Positions 25,199 to 37,991 of a stretch of 64,000 nucleotides of DNA are shown here, one piece after another. Made by a program: the position numbers and the translations under genes. The notes beneath the pieces were generated by a model that was not told the DNA's origin, ran no database searches, and saw nothing but the letters and a program-made list of their open reading frames with translations. The stretch comes from Hormiphora californensis (Eukaryota > Animalia > Ctenophora): contig CM035362.1 in assembly GCA_020137815.1 (NCBI GenBank), forward strand, positions 620,001 to 684,000, given 5' to 3'. The first letter of the stretch is position 1. Each line of letters opens with the position of its first letter.

Positions 25199-28100
25199 AT
25201 GGCTGCCCATCAGAGAATTCGAGCAGCAAATGCCAAGCACAGCGCTAAGATAACAACTAGAGGCGTGAAGCAGAATGAAGTAAGTAAACCATGCAGAACC
25301 TGACCTGTCTAAATATTATGTGACTCAAAGAAAAAAGGGACCCGATTTTATGTGTTAGGATCCGGAGATTGTATTAATCATGAACCTTTTTTTTCAGAAA
25401 TCAGAAAAGTCCCCGGTTGGTCCTTGGATGTTGGCACTTTTTATATTTCTCGTTGTCGGCTCAGGTACGTACTTTCATAATATGTAACACATATTTTTTT
25501 TAATAATACATCATTAAAGAAGCGTGGGCACTTTCTAGGCTCAAAAGTTTCAAGAAACAAACGGATTCCAAGGCCAGAAATCAGCTCTGATTCAAGCGTT
25601 AATCCTTGCTAAATGGTCCTTTATATCCTCGGCTAGTCGCTGGAGACTTACCAAGTCGACTGTAGCAAAAATATGAATCTCCCCTTCAAACAAACACGGT
25701 GGCTTATGGGGCTGTGGCATCCTCAATAAATAGTTTTACATTGTAGTTAATGAAAGTTTGAAATCGTTACCTTCGACACTCGATGATAAATACGCCAGGT
25801 CTACCCTTAAGGGTAGATTTGTTTTGGGACCAGGCGTAAAATACAGGTACCACGCCCACACGGAAATAACCATGTTCCACCCCAGGCAGCGCTTACCAGT
25901 ATTGTTTAGGTGGTGAAGGAGTTAGCTTGTTGCAATTTCCCCAGGCATTTATCCCCTAGATAATCAAGAAAGCAAATACACAACAGCCCGCCAAAAGCTT
26001 TCTTAAATAGTTAAATGAACTATGAACGTTTGTAGACTGGCGCGTTATGAAGTTGGCTGTTCCCAGCGCGAGCTGGGGACAGCCAACTGGAGTTTAATCG
26101 CCCGGCAGGGCGATTAAACTGGTTTAAATCCCGACGCCGATCCCGAGGCGCCAGCCGAGGGTGAGGTGGAGGTGATTTAAACCTATAACGCGATAGGCTA
26201 ACAAACGTTCATAGTTTATGAAACCCGATAGTAATTACACACAAATAAAAGACACAACACAAGGTAAAACACACAAGAAGTACTGGGAAATAGTCAACAG
26301 ACGTCCCCAAACTGTGTGTAGACTAACTGGCACCTAGTTGCAACTGTTCCTAACATATTTGAGTAAGAGAGAGAGAAAGATTGGGGCCAATACACACAGT
26401 GAGAGATATTGAACAGTAAAACAGTAAAAGAGGGAATGAGAGAGAGAAAGATAGGAATGCGATTCTTTTGACTTTTTATGAGAGAGATAACATTGAAAAG
26501 TGTTGCAGACATGTTTCCCCTCTCTCTTGTTGACGGAACTGTGTGTTTACACATATTTTTATTACTTGGAATTTTACACGCCTGTTAGGGTGCTCCAAAC
26601 GCCCCATGATTTTTAAAATTTTCGATTCAAGAGCTGATCTTTTGTCCAAGTGTGACAAATGACCTCAAATGAAAAAGTACAAAATTTTTTCCCTGCCCGG
26701 GTGATTGCCGAAGGCAATCACCCGGGATGATGTTTTTAGCACGCACGTGCTAAAAAGATCATTCAGGGTTTAGAAATCAGCAGATTGTGTAGTTAACTAA
26801 AATGTCCGTCCGTCCGTCTGTCCACCGTTACACATAGCAACAAAGTCTGCTCCTTCATAAATCTTTCAACTCACACTTTGTTGATGCAACAAAGGAAATG
26901 ATTAACACACATTGTGGCGCGCAATTACTCACTCGTATCACTTCCTATGTTCACCTGAAATCACTTTGGGTACCCTACAGCCATACCATGACGTGGTAGC
27001 AAGTCTTCCAAGCAAGAAACTACTATCACACAATAATTGCAAATGACTGGTGTTAAGATTACTGAGGGTAAAGGTGAAGCGCTTGGTCACCAACTAGGGT
27101 CTCCTAAGCAACTGTCTTGGTTATCATAGCAACTGCCTTGGTTACCATAGCAACCACCCTGGTTACCATAGCAACTAACATCGTATCAGCCAAAAATTGC
27201 TCTTAGAGTGCAAAATTCATCGGAAAATCTGAATTTGAAGCTTAGTCATCAATTTTACACCCATCTGGGGCAGGGAAACACCGCATTATGAATACATAAT
27301 GCAATAATTCTTGTTTTGAAATCGGACTTAATTTGGACTAATCGCATAATTAATTATGATTTTACCTGTTGCGCAAGCAAAATGACCGTTTAAGTGACTT
27401 CCGGGAAGTTTTGGCGTTTTTCTTCAACAGTATCCGATCCGGAATGGCCATGTTTATATATGACTTATGAGGCAACATATGGTCTAAAATGCTTAGTTTT
27501 GGAGTTATGGGCGAATTAGTGAATTATGACGTCACACGTGTGGGTTTGCTGATTGGGGCTAATTGGGTGGACCAAATTGATTTTTGACAAAAGGATCCGC
27601 TCCAAAATGACCATGTTTATATATGACTTGTGAAGCAACATATGGTCTAAAATGCTTAGTTTTGGCGCTACGGGCGATTTTATGCCCGGTAAGCTACATG
27701 TCACGTGACTAAGTTATCTAACAAAAAATCGCTCCTAGCTCCAAAACTAAGCATTTTAGACCATATGTTGCTGCATAAGTCGTATATAAACATGGCCATT
27801 CCGGATCGGATACTGTTGAAGAAAAACGCCAAAACTTCCCGGAAGTCACTTAAACGGTCATCTTGCTCGCGCAACAGGTAAAATCATAATTAATTATGCG
27901 ATTAGTCCAAATTAAGTCCGATTTCAAAAAAATTTTGTACTTTTTCATTTGAGGTCATTTATCACACTTGGACAAAAGATCAGCTAATTTAAAAATTTTC
28001 GGGGCGTTTGGAGCACCCTAACGCCTGTTATTCAAATCAAGAGAAACGCGAGAAAAAGGGAACTGGACTGTTAAAACGCGAGCAGGGTGTTAAATCCCCC

Positions 28101-28544
28101 AGCTAGCAGTTATCATGAGCGCGCAAAATATTCAGACGACTGTTAAATCAGCTATCGGGTTTCATATTGTTTTGAAAGTTTCTAAGTCTCTTCTTGTGAA
28201 TTGTGAAACATAAGCGTAGGGCGCGGGTACGATTTTGTACCGATAGCCGCGCAGTCGCCCCGCGCCCTCTATTGTGTACAATGTACTGTGTATTGTATTG
28301 TGTGAAGTTGGGGGGTCTGAAGCTGTCCGCCCCCTTTTGGGTTATAACAAGTCATAGCTCCACCCCTGATAAGATAGACTTCAAGTTTGGAGGTTAGGAA
28401 GAAAATATCGAGTTCTTCCTAATCTCAAAATTTGAAGTTCAACTATGACGGGGCTAATAAACAGTTATTCTAAGACTTGCTAACACACTTTCATTTCAGC
28501 GGTAGTTCCAGCTCGCTCAAGCTGTCCTCTCTGCTGCCAAGTAG
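25199..28544 (+). CDS. SERP1: Stress-associated ER protein SERP1/RAMP4 (3 exons; apparent 1-nt insertion in exon 3)
   Basis: MAAHQRIRAANAKHSAKITTRGVKQNE (25199-25279) | KSEKSPVGPWMLALFIFLVVGS (~25398-25464) | exon 28500-28544 reads AVFQLAQAVLSAAK* if one base near 28504 is removed. Not in the ORF track. Confidence 0.85.
26586..28020. mobile_element. hAT-type MITE with 8-bp TSD ACGCCTGT
   Basis: ACGCCTGT|TAGGGTGCTCCAAACGCCCC...GGGGCGTTTGGAGCACCCTA|ACGCCTGT; long inverted arms. Confidence 0.9.
26687..27315 (+). mobile_element. HINE/DINE-1-like element, copy 3, inserted in a T-run of the hAT MITE
   Basis: The hAT left arm is split at AAAATTTT|TTTTGAAATCGG (intact in the right arm) with no TSD; subTIRs, GTCCGTCCGTCCGTCTGTCC tract and terminal hairpin present. 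Confidence 0.8.
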
Positions 28545-29190
28545 ACCTCTTCAGCCCTGAGATTCCTTGATGTTTCTATTCCTATTTGATCTTCATCCCT
28601 GATTCCTACATGTTCCTATTTGATCTTCAACCCCTGATTATGTGTAGCTCCTATTTGATTGTGTTTGATTTTCTTGAAAACTGTTTATGTGTATTGTAAT
28701 TTGTTTAGATCCAAACTAAAAAGGCCCTGGGTAAGCTCAAACAGTATCCAGTTCCACTTCCTGATGAGAGAGGGCCTTTCTAGTTTTACTTTATTTACCA
28801 GACACTATATTATTGATTTATTTTTCTGTACTGATACTGAATATTTTCGATTGGAGTTTCCAAAAAAAAAAGAGAAATCCTCGTGAAGTGATACAATCTA
28901 ACAAAGTAACTCTCCTGCTCTAACTCTCTAGAGATACCAAGGGAGACATTTGATCCGGGTGTCCTGTCCTTTTTATGATCGAGTGTCTGCACGATAATTA
29001 CTATATTTAGTGCTTTATCAATTTGTTATCCCAGCTGTTTCTATTACTGTTCACAACACTTAGATAAACGTGTTTCAGTTTGTTTCTCCGGCGGGGGTAG
29101 AGAGAAAAGAGTGGATGGGGTGTACCACATGTCACCTTCCATACCCCATCCACTCTCTGTATTTTTGTCTTTCTGTCTGTTTGTATTCCA

Positions 29191-29348
<158 letters not shown>

Positions 29349-29508
29349 ATCTTACTTTATCTCTTTCTGCTACAAAACTTACACACGGTGTAAGTATATC
29401 AGTAAACTGTTCCCTGTTTGTACTCTTCCAAACAACTGTTTGTTTCAAGTCTGTGCTGTATAGATCAGTTGTTGTTGTAGATAGTGGTTGAAGGAGAGTG
29501 GTGGCACC

Positions 29509-30576
29509 ATGCCCACTAGGAATGTTCAATATCGGAGCAAGATAATTGCCAATCAAACGGTGGGTCCAGAATCCGATGACCGAGCGCTCCAGAGGGGAGC
29601 AGCTGGGTGTACTCAGACGCCTGCTCCCCTCTTGGTTCCCCCTTGATTCTCGAAAAGGGGGAACCAAGAGGGGCAGGAGAGTGATCATGATCAACCTAAA
29701 TGCTCATTTAATTTACTAATCATCTTCACAGGAGTATAAATCTCGTATAGATGTGGAGAGTAATGTAATTGCAAATAACACATGGTCCCATGGCCTCTTT
29801 TTGTGCTGTGATGATTGTGGATTGTGCTGTATTTCTGCTTTCTGTCCGTGCGTGACATTTGGGATCAATTCTAGGCACATTGAGGCGGGTGAGTCTGTTA
29901 ATTGATCAATGATAATGGGTTCAAGGTTCCTGGTCACTGCCCCCACGTCAGTGCACGTGTAGATAGTCAGATCGGGTCGGGCGTCGGCGCTTGTCGTGTC
30001 ATTGCTCTGACAGATCGGCGCCGCTAGACAGGTGTATGTAGCCAAATTCCCAATGAAACCCATTAATCATTATTCCAGGTAACTGCTGCGTCCAAGCGAT
30101 ATGCTGTCTCATTCCAATTGTGAACTGCTTCTATCTGCAGAAAATCCGAACACAAATCCGTCAAATGTACGGAATATCGGTAAGTCTACCCCTGAATACC
30201 TACTCCTTTTTGGCTAGCACTCACTGGAGCAGGCTATTACTACCAGTATCAATTGTCAGGCCAATGCTCTGACAAGTGACAGAGTATCAATATCATGATA
30301 CTTTGTTGAATGATACAGGATACTCCCAGCCCCCAGGCCTTTCTACTTTCTAGTGTGTACCGATAATCTGTCGATTGTCGATTCTAGTTCTGGAAATCTA
30401 CCAAGAAAGGTCGGGTCCAAATGTCCAATACCAACTTTAACAGGCTCTATCTCTCCCTTCAGGGTTCAGCGTTCAATGATTTCATTATGGTTTGTTGCTT
30501 TGCTCCGTGTACCATAGTGCAGGAAGCCAAGGAGCTGAAGATAAAGCCTGGTGAGGTCATAGCACGGACCTGGTGA
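29509..30576 (+). CDS. PLAC8/cornifelin-family cysteine-rich protein (4 exons)
   Basis: MPTRNVQYRSKIIANQT | EYKSRIDVESNVIANNTWSHGLFLCCDDCGLCCISAFCPCVTFGINSRHIEAG | NCCVQAICCLIPIVNCFYLQKIRTQIRQMYGIS | GSAFNDFIMVCCFAPCTIVQEAKELKIKPGEVIARTW*. GT-AG introns with consistent phases; first exon least certain. Not in the ORF track. Confidence 0.85.
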
Positions 30577-31867
30577 GGTCATAGCACGGACTTGGTGAAA
30601 ATAGTTTGAGCTACAGCAGGATCTGTGCTAAACAATGAGCCGTATGTGGCGTATATGGTGTGGTATATTATTGGAATTTGTTTAATTCATTTTGTTCACA
30701 CTTGACGTGCTAGAATGTTTTATCTTTAGATTTAAGAAAAGCCAGTCTTGATGAGGTATGCCTATTTCCTAGGCAATATATAAAACTTGCACACATTGGA
30801 GGGGGAGCTATGTACTATGAAGTCGTAGCAGCCGACCCAGGCCCCAACTGCAAAGGCCCAATATTGCCTACCAACCTGTCCTGTATGGCAATACCAACCT
30901 AGCTGAGAGTGCCTCCAGAAAGTCCTATATCATGTCATGATTTGACATGTTCCCAGTCTGTCGGCTCTCACACCGGGCCTTCGGCCCGGTGTGAGCTTAC
31001 GCGAGCCCGAAGGACAGACTGCGTAGCATGGCAACTGCTATTGGCAAGTCATGATGGCCCCCGATATGTATATAAGATGAAAAACAAGTTATTTATATAC
31101 GGGTAGAAACGTGAATAAAGAAACAACTCAGTATACACATATAAATCACTTTAACACTGTTATTTTAGCAGAACTCGGTAAGCAAGAAGAACGTGTCCTG
31201 GCCTTATACCCAGATAGAATTAGATATTTTCAGTAAAGCTATTCCAGGTCATACGAGCTGGAATACTCCGGTAATCAGACCCAGATAACTCGTATATAAC
31301 CCGGCTAGATCAGAAATAATTAAGCCTAGATATCCCGAATTATCCTCTGGACTAAGTAACCTAAAAATATTACAGGGGTGCTCCGTCATATTGACCACCC
31401 GCATAGCAATGCCTAAGAGGTGCTCATGATCAGTTCAGGAGACAATATAAATTGCCACACACAAATTTAAACTGCTCACGAGAGCAACGGACACCTTATT
31501 CCTGCTTACCCGCGTAGCTCATTAACTAGACATGAAAAGGAATATAAATCTAAACTACTTTTAGTGATATATACCCAAAAACCGCAATTCAATACACAAT
31601 CGAATACTTTAGTTTTACAAAAGAGTATAATATATTAGTACAAGCCGAACACGTATTTACTTTTATTAAAGGTAGGCAAAGGAAAGTTTTTTTCTCTCTT
31701 GCATGGTCTGTATATCATACAGAATATAATACTCTTGCTTTATCCTGCCTATAATGTCTATAATAGTCAAGTCCTTCCTATATATTGGTCATTGGGGGTG
31801 GGATGTTAGATACGTAATTCCTTCAACTCCTAGCAGCAGGTACTCCTAGCAGCAGGTTGGTTGTGTT

Positions 31868-34800
31868 TCATTGGTCCTTCTTCTTATCTTCCTCTGCACT
31901 CGAGGACGGGATCTGAAATGGATGATAAAATGAAACAGCAGAAGGTAAAAGTGTAGACGGGATATTACAGGAGTTGTTGTTCCTTTACTACTGAGGGGAT
32001 TCGCCGGGTCGGGATGGCCTATCTGGTATGGGGTAGGGTAGTTTGGCTGTCTGGGGTGGCTATCTAGGGTAGGGAATAGGGTGGCTGGAATAGGGTGGCT
32101 GGGGTGGGTTAGCTTGGTGGATAGGGTTGGTTGATTGAAGAGTGGGGTGTCTTGTTTCTCTCTCTCTTACCTCCTCGTCCTCAGATCTATTATCTTCCAC
32201 ACTTTCACCATTCTCTCCCAGGATCTTCAACAGCAGTTTAACAATAAAGGTAAACCAGTAGATGTGAAGCACCTGAAACATTTGTGGTATCTTTTGTGGG
32301 GTGATCTGATCCTAGATGTAAACTGGAGTGATATGTGTCCTGATGGGGGATATTTTTGGCCTAATCAGGTGAAACACTCTTTTCGCATTAAATTGTAAGA
32401 TATCGGGGTCTGACTTGCCAAGTTAGACTGCCATTTGCCGCAACAAAGCAAGGTCTGTCTGTATTTGTTAATTGTTATATTACCTGTAGAATAATTAGGA
32501 ACAGTCCGTATACAATGTTAGCTGGCCACACTCCTAGTACTGCTGTTGATTCAAATAGAGATGATGTTAGCACCCTGAAAGGATGATGGGGGTTAAGAGA
32601 TGCAATGACACAGTATCATAGCACGATTGTCTGGCGGCGCCAACCCAATCTGAGCACAATGTCATAATGGGGTCTGGCAGCAACATGATTACTCACTATC
32701 CTTTTTATTTTGATAAATAAGTTCTCAATTGAACACCACAACCTACTTGTAAGGATAGAAAATGAGTCGGAAAATGATCCAAGAAAGTGTAAACCCAGCA
32801 AAACATACGTTGGATAGCATTTCGTACTTCAGATAGATACCCAGCTTAGCTGTCTGAAAAACAATAGGGTTTGTAGAAGGGGCAATACAGAAGATGAAAA
32901 TTGTGGTGATTGACACGCTGAAGTTGAATGTTTCTAAAGTATAATATTACACTGCCGCCGGTAGTAGGAGCTGTCAGGACTCGGGACAGGGTGGGAACTA
33001 GAATGAACTTACCTCTAGAAATACGGCACAACTTACTACTTGCTTACCTCTAAAAACACGTCAGCCACATCATGTATAACCATGATAATGGAGCCCATTC
33101 TGTACCCTCCACCAACCCAGGAACCTCCAATTAGGGCCAAGGTAGCTATGTGATGCAGGAACATTTCCCAGAAATCCTTCCTTTTGGTGTCGTGGAATTG
33201 TGATACAAGGAGTGAGAGGTAGAATGCCCCCGATACCATGTAGTAGTAGTACAAACTGAGCGGGGGGGGGGGTATAAATCAAGTTGTATCTCGGATTTGA
33301 AAATCTTGGATTTGAAAATCAAGACGGGGTCTGGTGCCGCCTTATACATATTACATATGTCATCGGTGGTTTATTCTTTATCTCTCTCAGTCTCCCTAAC
33401 TATTAATAATAATATTTCTATCTCTCTCACCAGTTTGGTATAGCCCACGTCAAATCAGGATACCCGACCCAACACAGCATTGTATTCCAAAGGTAGTCTT
33501 GTTTCCACATTATTGAGATTCCATAGCCACATATGGAACTGTAAAAGACGAACCTCCACCTGTAGGGGTGCATGAGAACATTACAAATAGCCTCCTCTTT
33601 GTGCCAGTTCAAAAGGGGTGGATGAAGATGGTTTGCAGTTGGGAGCTGCGGTGTTTCTTGCGTGTTTCGCAGCTCCCAACTGCAATGTACCCTCTCAGAC
33701 TTCAGCTTTTCCTATAGTTAATACTCACATAGTTTCTTTGAATTTAGTTAGTTTACTGGGTGTTATTTCCCTTAATTTCCTCCTAATCCACACTTCCACT
33801 TCCCTTACCTCCATATCTGGAAGAGGATATATTTCAAATACTTGAACTCCATATTGCAGGAAAATCTATTGTTCAGCTATCTGGCGGCGCCAAACCACAG
33901 AACAGTTGTTCAGTTACAAATAAAACTATACCTGCTAGTTTAGCTACTTCTTCGATTTGTTTTTGGTTTGGTTTCTTTGTCCTAGCTATCAATGCTTCCA
34001 GTTTCTTATTGGGGCCTGGGTTATAATTGGATTAATAAACATGATTCAACATATCGATTAGATATATTGGGATATATTTACACACTGATCTTTTTTTTGG
34101 AAAAATTAGATATAAAGATGACAGTAGGATTGGTTGTACACAGCTACATATTTTACATAGTGGAACGAGTGGTACCTACATAGTGGCTTTCTTTTTTCTG
34201 ATAAATAGTTGTTGAGTAAGGGTCAGCACACACCAACGTTAAAATTAAAATTAAAATTTGACGTTTTCGGCACTGCTGACCCTAACAGCAATATAATAGG
34301 CATAAAGCGTGAGGGGGGATGAGTTGACTAGACCCAATCAATAAAATTAATCAATGATATAGGTGTCATTCGAGCTTCCAATCGCCAATCGGGGGGGGGG
34401 GGGGGGGGGCTGTCAATAATAAAATAACAGTGCAGTGTACCATTTCTATTTATTGGCAAAGAAGTACAGTGCCAGTACTCAGTAGGTACATTCATAATGA
34501 TTTACATCTGTGATAGATCTATTTATAGCATCTAACATATAATTTGAATCAGCCTCACATCCTTCCCCTCCTGAAGAGAGGAGACGGTATGCCGCGGTAT
34601 GGTATGCGGGCCCTTATCTACTGTAATATAATTCGACACGTGAACATACCTGGTGGGTGTGTGTTAGAGTAATGTTTCAGTCCACACCACTTCCCTATAG
34701 GTTCAGCTATCACCCTGAAAGTGTCGGGTGTCAGTGTCAGGTGTCACACGGGAAATTAATTAGGGGACACAATGAGGTGATTTACCCACTGATATTGTTG

Positions 34801-36154
34801 TTTTAAAACGGCCAGCGCGCGCAGTTTGTAGCTTGGGGGTCATCGCGCGTTACTGCATGTACACCGCCAGGGAAGTTTTCGCATCCGAACAAGCTTGTTT
34901 GGAGAGCGTTCGGTGGATAGCTTTTTGTTGTTCTAGCAGCTAGCTTCTACCGGTGTGTCATGTGTGTGTGCATTGTTTGTACAAGAGAATATAACAGGAA
35001 ATAGAGGGCAGCGAGATAGAGAGAGGGAGAGAGATATGTTGGACAGAAAGAAGATGGCTGTATAAATTGACCAGGCTAATTTTCCAAACCAAGACCAGAT
35101 AAATTCCAATGGCTCCTTTCTGAATGTCAACAATAGCTCTGGCTCTAACTCCCTCACACCCATTCCAAATTCAACATAGCATAGTTACGGTTATGGTTTA
35201 CTGCACTGTCTGTGCAGGTATTTTGTGCAAGCAAAGTCAATTAACTTATTTACCCCATCTTTCTCTCTATCTCTCTATCTCTCTATCTCTCTCCCAGGCT
35301 ATTTTCGTGTACAAATTCTAAAAAGGAATTTTGTTGCCATTCACACATTCCCACGGTTAAAACACTATCTACTAATGTGTGAGGTCAAATTCCCTTATAT
35401 TACAAAATACGCACACGTTCATTGTGCAGAGGTGAACAGAGATAAGGCGAGCTTTGTCGGCCGTAAAATCGACACCACTAAAAAGGTTACGTAACTACGT
35501 CATCTTTCCACAAAACTGGTTTTAACTTGTTTTGTTCTAACACTCCTACACATATGGTGTGGGGTACGGAGAGAGAGTGAGAGGGGTTCGAACAATGCAA
35601 ATCTATAACTAGCTAGTGGGTTCTGAAAGGCAGCTTCATAGAACGGGCCAATGACCTAGAAAGCTGTTTTACAGATAGAAGAAGGAAAAGCATCAGCCCC
35701 CACATTTTAGAAAATTGTGCTGACTATTGAGATACACCTCTGCAGCAGTTGCGATACATTATTCAAGAACTGATGTAATACTATTTCCTATACAAAGTAT
35801 TCATACTTACTTTTCAAAGATGAATCTAACTACGTAAAGTGTTAGAGCGAGCATAGCGACAGTCTTGAAATCAGTAATGCTAGGGTAAACATATCCCTCA
35901 GGTGATTCAGTCTGGTCGGATAAAGGCCATTTGTTACCGTGCTTTCTATAATAGTTCTCTCCTGAAACAGAAACGATGTTAGAACAGGGAGAATCAAATA
36001 CAGGTGAAATAAAAATACGTGTGAATTTTGTAACAGTTTGACCCCCACAAATTAAGTCACGATTAACAAGTAACTCACCAAACCACCAGAAAGTGTCATA
36101 TTTGTTTTTGAAGATCCGAGAGAACTGGTCCCATGAGGGAAATGGGTATAACAT
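31868..36154 (-). CDS. CERS: Ceramide synthase (TLC/Lag1 domain) with homeobox-like domain, CerS2-6/schlank type
   Basis: Exons give VRFIFEK|VIAEPIGKWCGL, PNKKLEALIARTKKPNQKQIEEVAKLADMEVREVEVWIRRK..KFKETMWRFVFY, Lag1 motif RKDFWEMFLHHIATLALI..IHDVADVFLE|TAK, LHIYW..EDNRSEDEE; stop at 31868. Confidence 0.93.
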
Positions 36155-37991
36155 GGCGAGCTAAACGGGTGATCGTAATTAAAATATATCCAAAAACAGT
36201 TCACACTGACGGTCTCCTCCCACCACCAGCTTGGGATTGTAATGGGTGTACCGCCCGAGATGTAATCTACTACCAGAAAAGTGATTCAGTGACCAAACTG
36301 AAACACTTTTTTGTAGTATGATTGTGCCTCAGGTACGGTGGTACATCTATCGTAATCCTCCAGCCCGGACATCTCTTGGGGACGTCTACCGTCTCCGGCC
36401 TCCGTGCCGGAGATCTCCTGTAGGTGCAAATGAAGCCGTGAAGCGTCTTTTCCCGTTATAACGTGTATGCACTGTGTGTTTTTAGTGTGTTTAAACTGTT
36501 TGGCCTTCTTAGTATCATGCATCTGCTGCATGGGCCATGGTGGCTTTGTTAGTGTGTGAGCGGGTGTTTTTAAGATACGCCATGAGATATGCATGAGACA
36601 GCAGGTGACACAGGAGACAAAACGGAGACCTACTCAAATGACAAATCTACACCTCATCTTAGAGGTCTAACTGAAAGGGGACCCTCCAGATCATATCAGA
36701 TCGCTCTGAACTCATCCTGCATCCAAGATAGAACTTCAGTTCTAGGTTTCATAACCATTCGGGAACCAACCACCGTCCAAGCGAGATTTTGACAGGGGCG
36801 GTGCACGGCTTTCAGTCGCACTGGCTAATATGTTGACGGAAAATTTTTAACTCACGTACTCCGTCGAAATACCCAATGCGGACGGTCCACATTGGCTATT
36901 TTGACGTAGCACGCGGATCGATAAATACTACGACGCCCGACGGCAAAAAAAAACCCTGTGTGGCGTGCAGATTACACCGTTTTCTTGAATTTGTTCTTTT
37001 TCTCTCCGAAGTAAAATGCGGACGCGGACGCATTGTCCGCATGGCAGAGCCGCCCTGCACAGGTCCAGGCGACTCAAATCCCAACGGCCAACACCGATTG
37101 AATGGAAATTGGCATCACTTTTCATTTTTCAACGGCCGAGAAGCTGAAATGGCTTAAAATGTTGAAAACAGTGACCGAGATGTTTGACAAATGCTACTGG
37201 CCCTAAGGCAGCGTTTTCAACAGAGACCGGAGACGTCAGAATACTGAAAAACGAAGGCTGAAATCAATTTTCCGTTTTGGCCAAAGCAAAAAATTGATTT
37301 AAAATTCCAAATTTTATTTAATATTTTTCTAGGATTGAGCCGCGCACGCAGCGTTTTTGACATTTTATCGCGCGTCACGCTTGTGGCAGTGTACTAAAGT
37401 GCGTTTCAAACGACTTGACCTGAGATTCCTGGAAATTCAGGATTTCCCCTTTGTAAATACACGCGCAATGCGCCCAATTCCAAGAATTACGGGTCAAGTC
37501 GCTTGAAACGGACTTTATTATATTTTGGTAAATGCGCGTGGGGTTTAATCCGCAAAATCGAGTGCAGCTTCCCTTCAGAGAGCCTGCTGCACTCGATTTT
37601 GCTAGTTTTGGTATTTTCTTGGCATGCGCTGTATTTTCTTGGCATGCGCTGTCCACGGTCTTTGACGGCCACTAAGGCCTAAGGGGCATGGAGGTCTACA
37701 CCGTAAACCTCCCTCTGGCACCGGTTAGAACACGGCATAGCATTGCGGTCGCGATTTTTAATTTTGCTTCACCTGAAGTCCGTTTGACTAGTAGAATTGT
37801 ACATACCGGTGTACTATTATTTTCTTGCCCGTTACAATCTTTATCTTCTGTTAATTTTTCAATTTTCATCCCAACTGGGCCCGATAAGTAATCAATTATT
37901 TCCATTAAATACAAGTTGAAAGAAGTTGTTTTGTACAAACATAACAGTCTAACTTGGCAAGAAAGAAGCCCAATACGTTTAATTCAATAAT

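Larger units (their letters stand above)
26004..28170. mobile_element. Outer element with a cloverleaf of palindromes and ATGAAACCCGATAG/CTATCGGGTTTCAT inverted repeats (Crypton-like, tentative)
   Basis: Nested hairpins at 26018-26216; inverted 14-mer at ~26218 and ~28152; ends approximate. Confidence 0.45.

Noticed and set aside
25886-25958. Alternative SERP1 last exon (GSAYQYCLGG...)
   Set aside because: No similarity to the conserved AIFQIIQ tail; the exon at 28500 fits better.
36793-37760. GC-rich, repeat-like segment between FKBP and CerS
   Set aside because: Probably transposon-derived, but no matching TIRs, TSD or coding signal could be defined.
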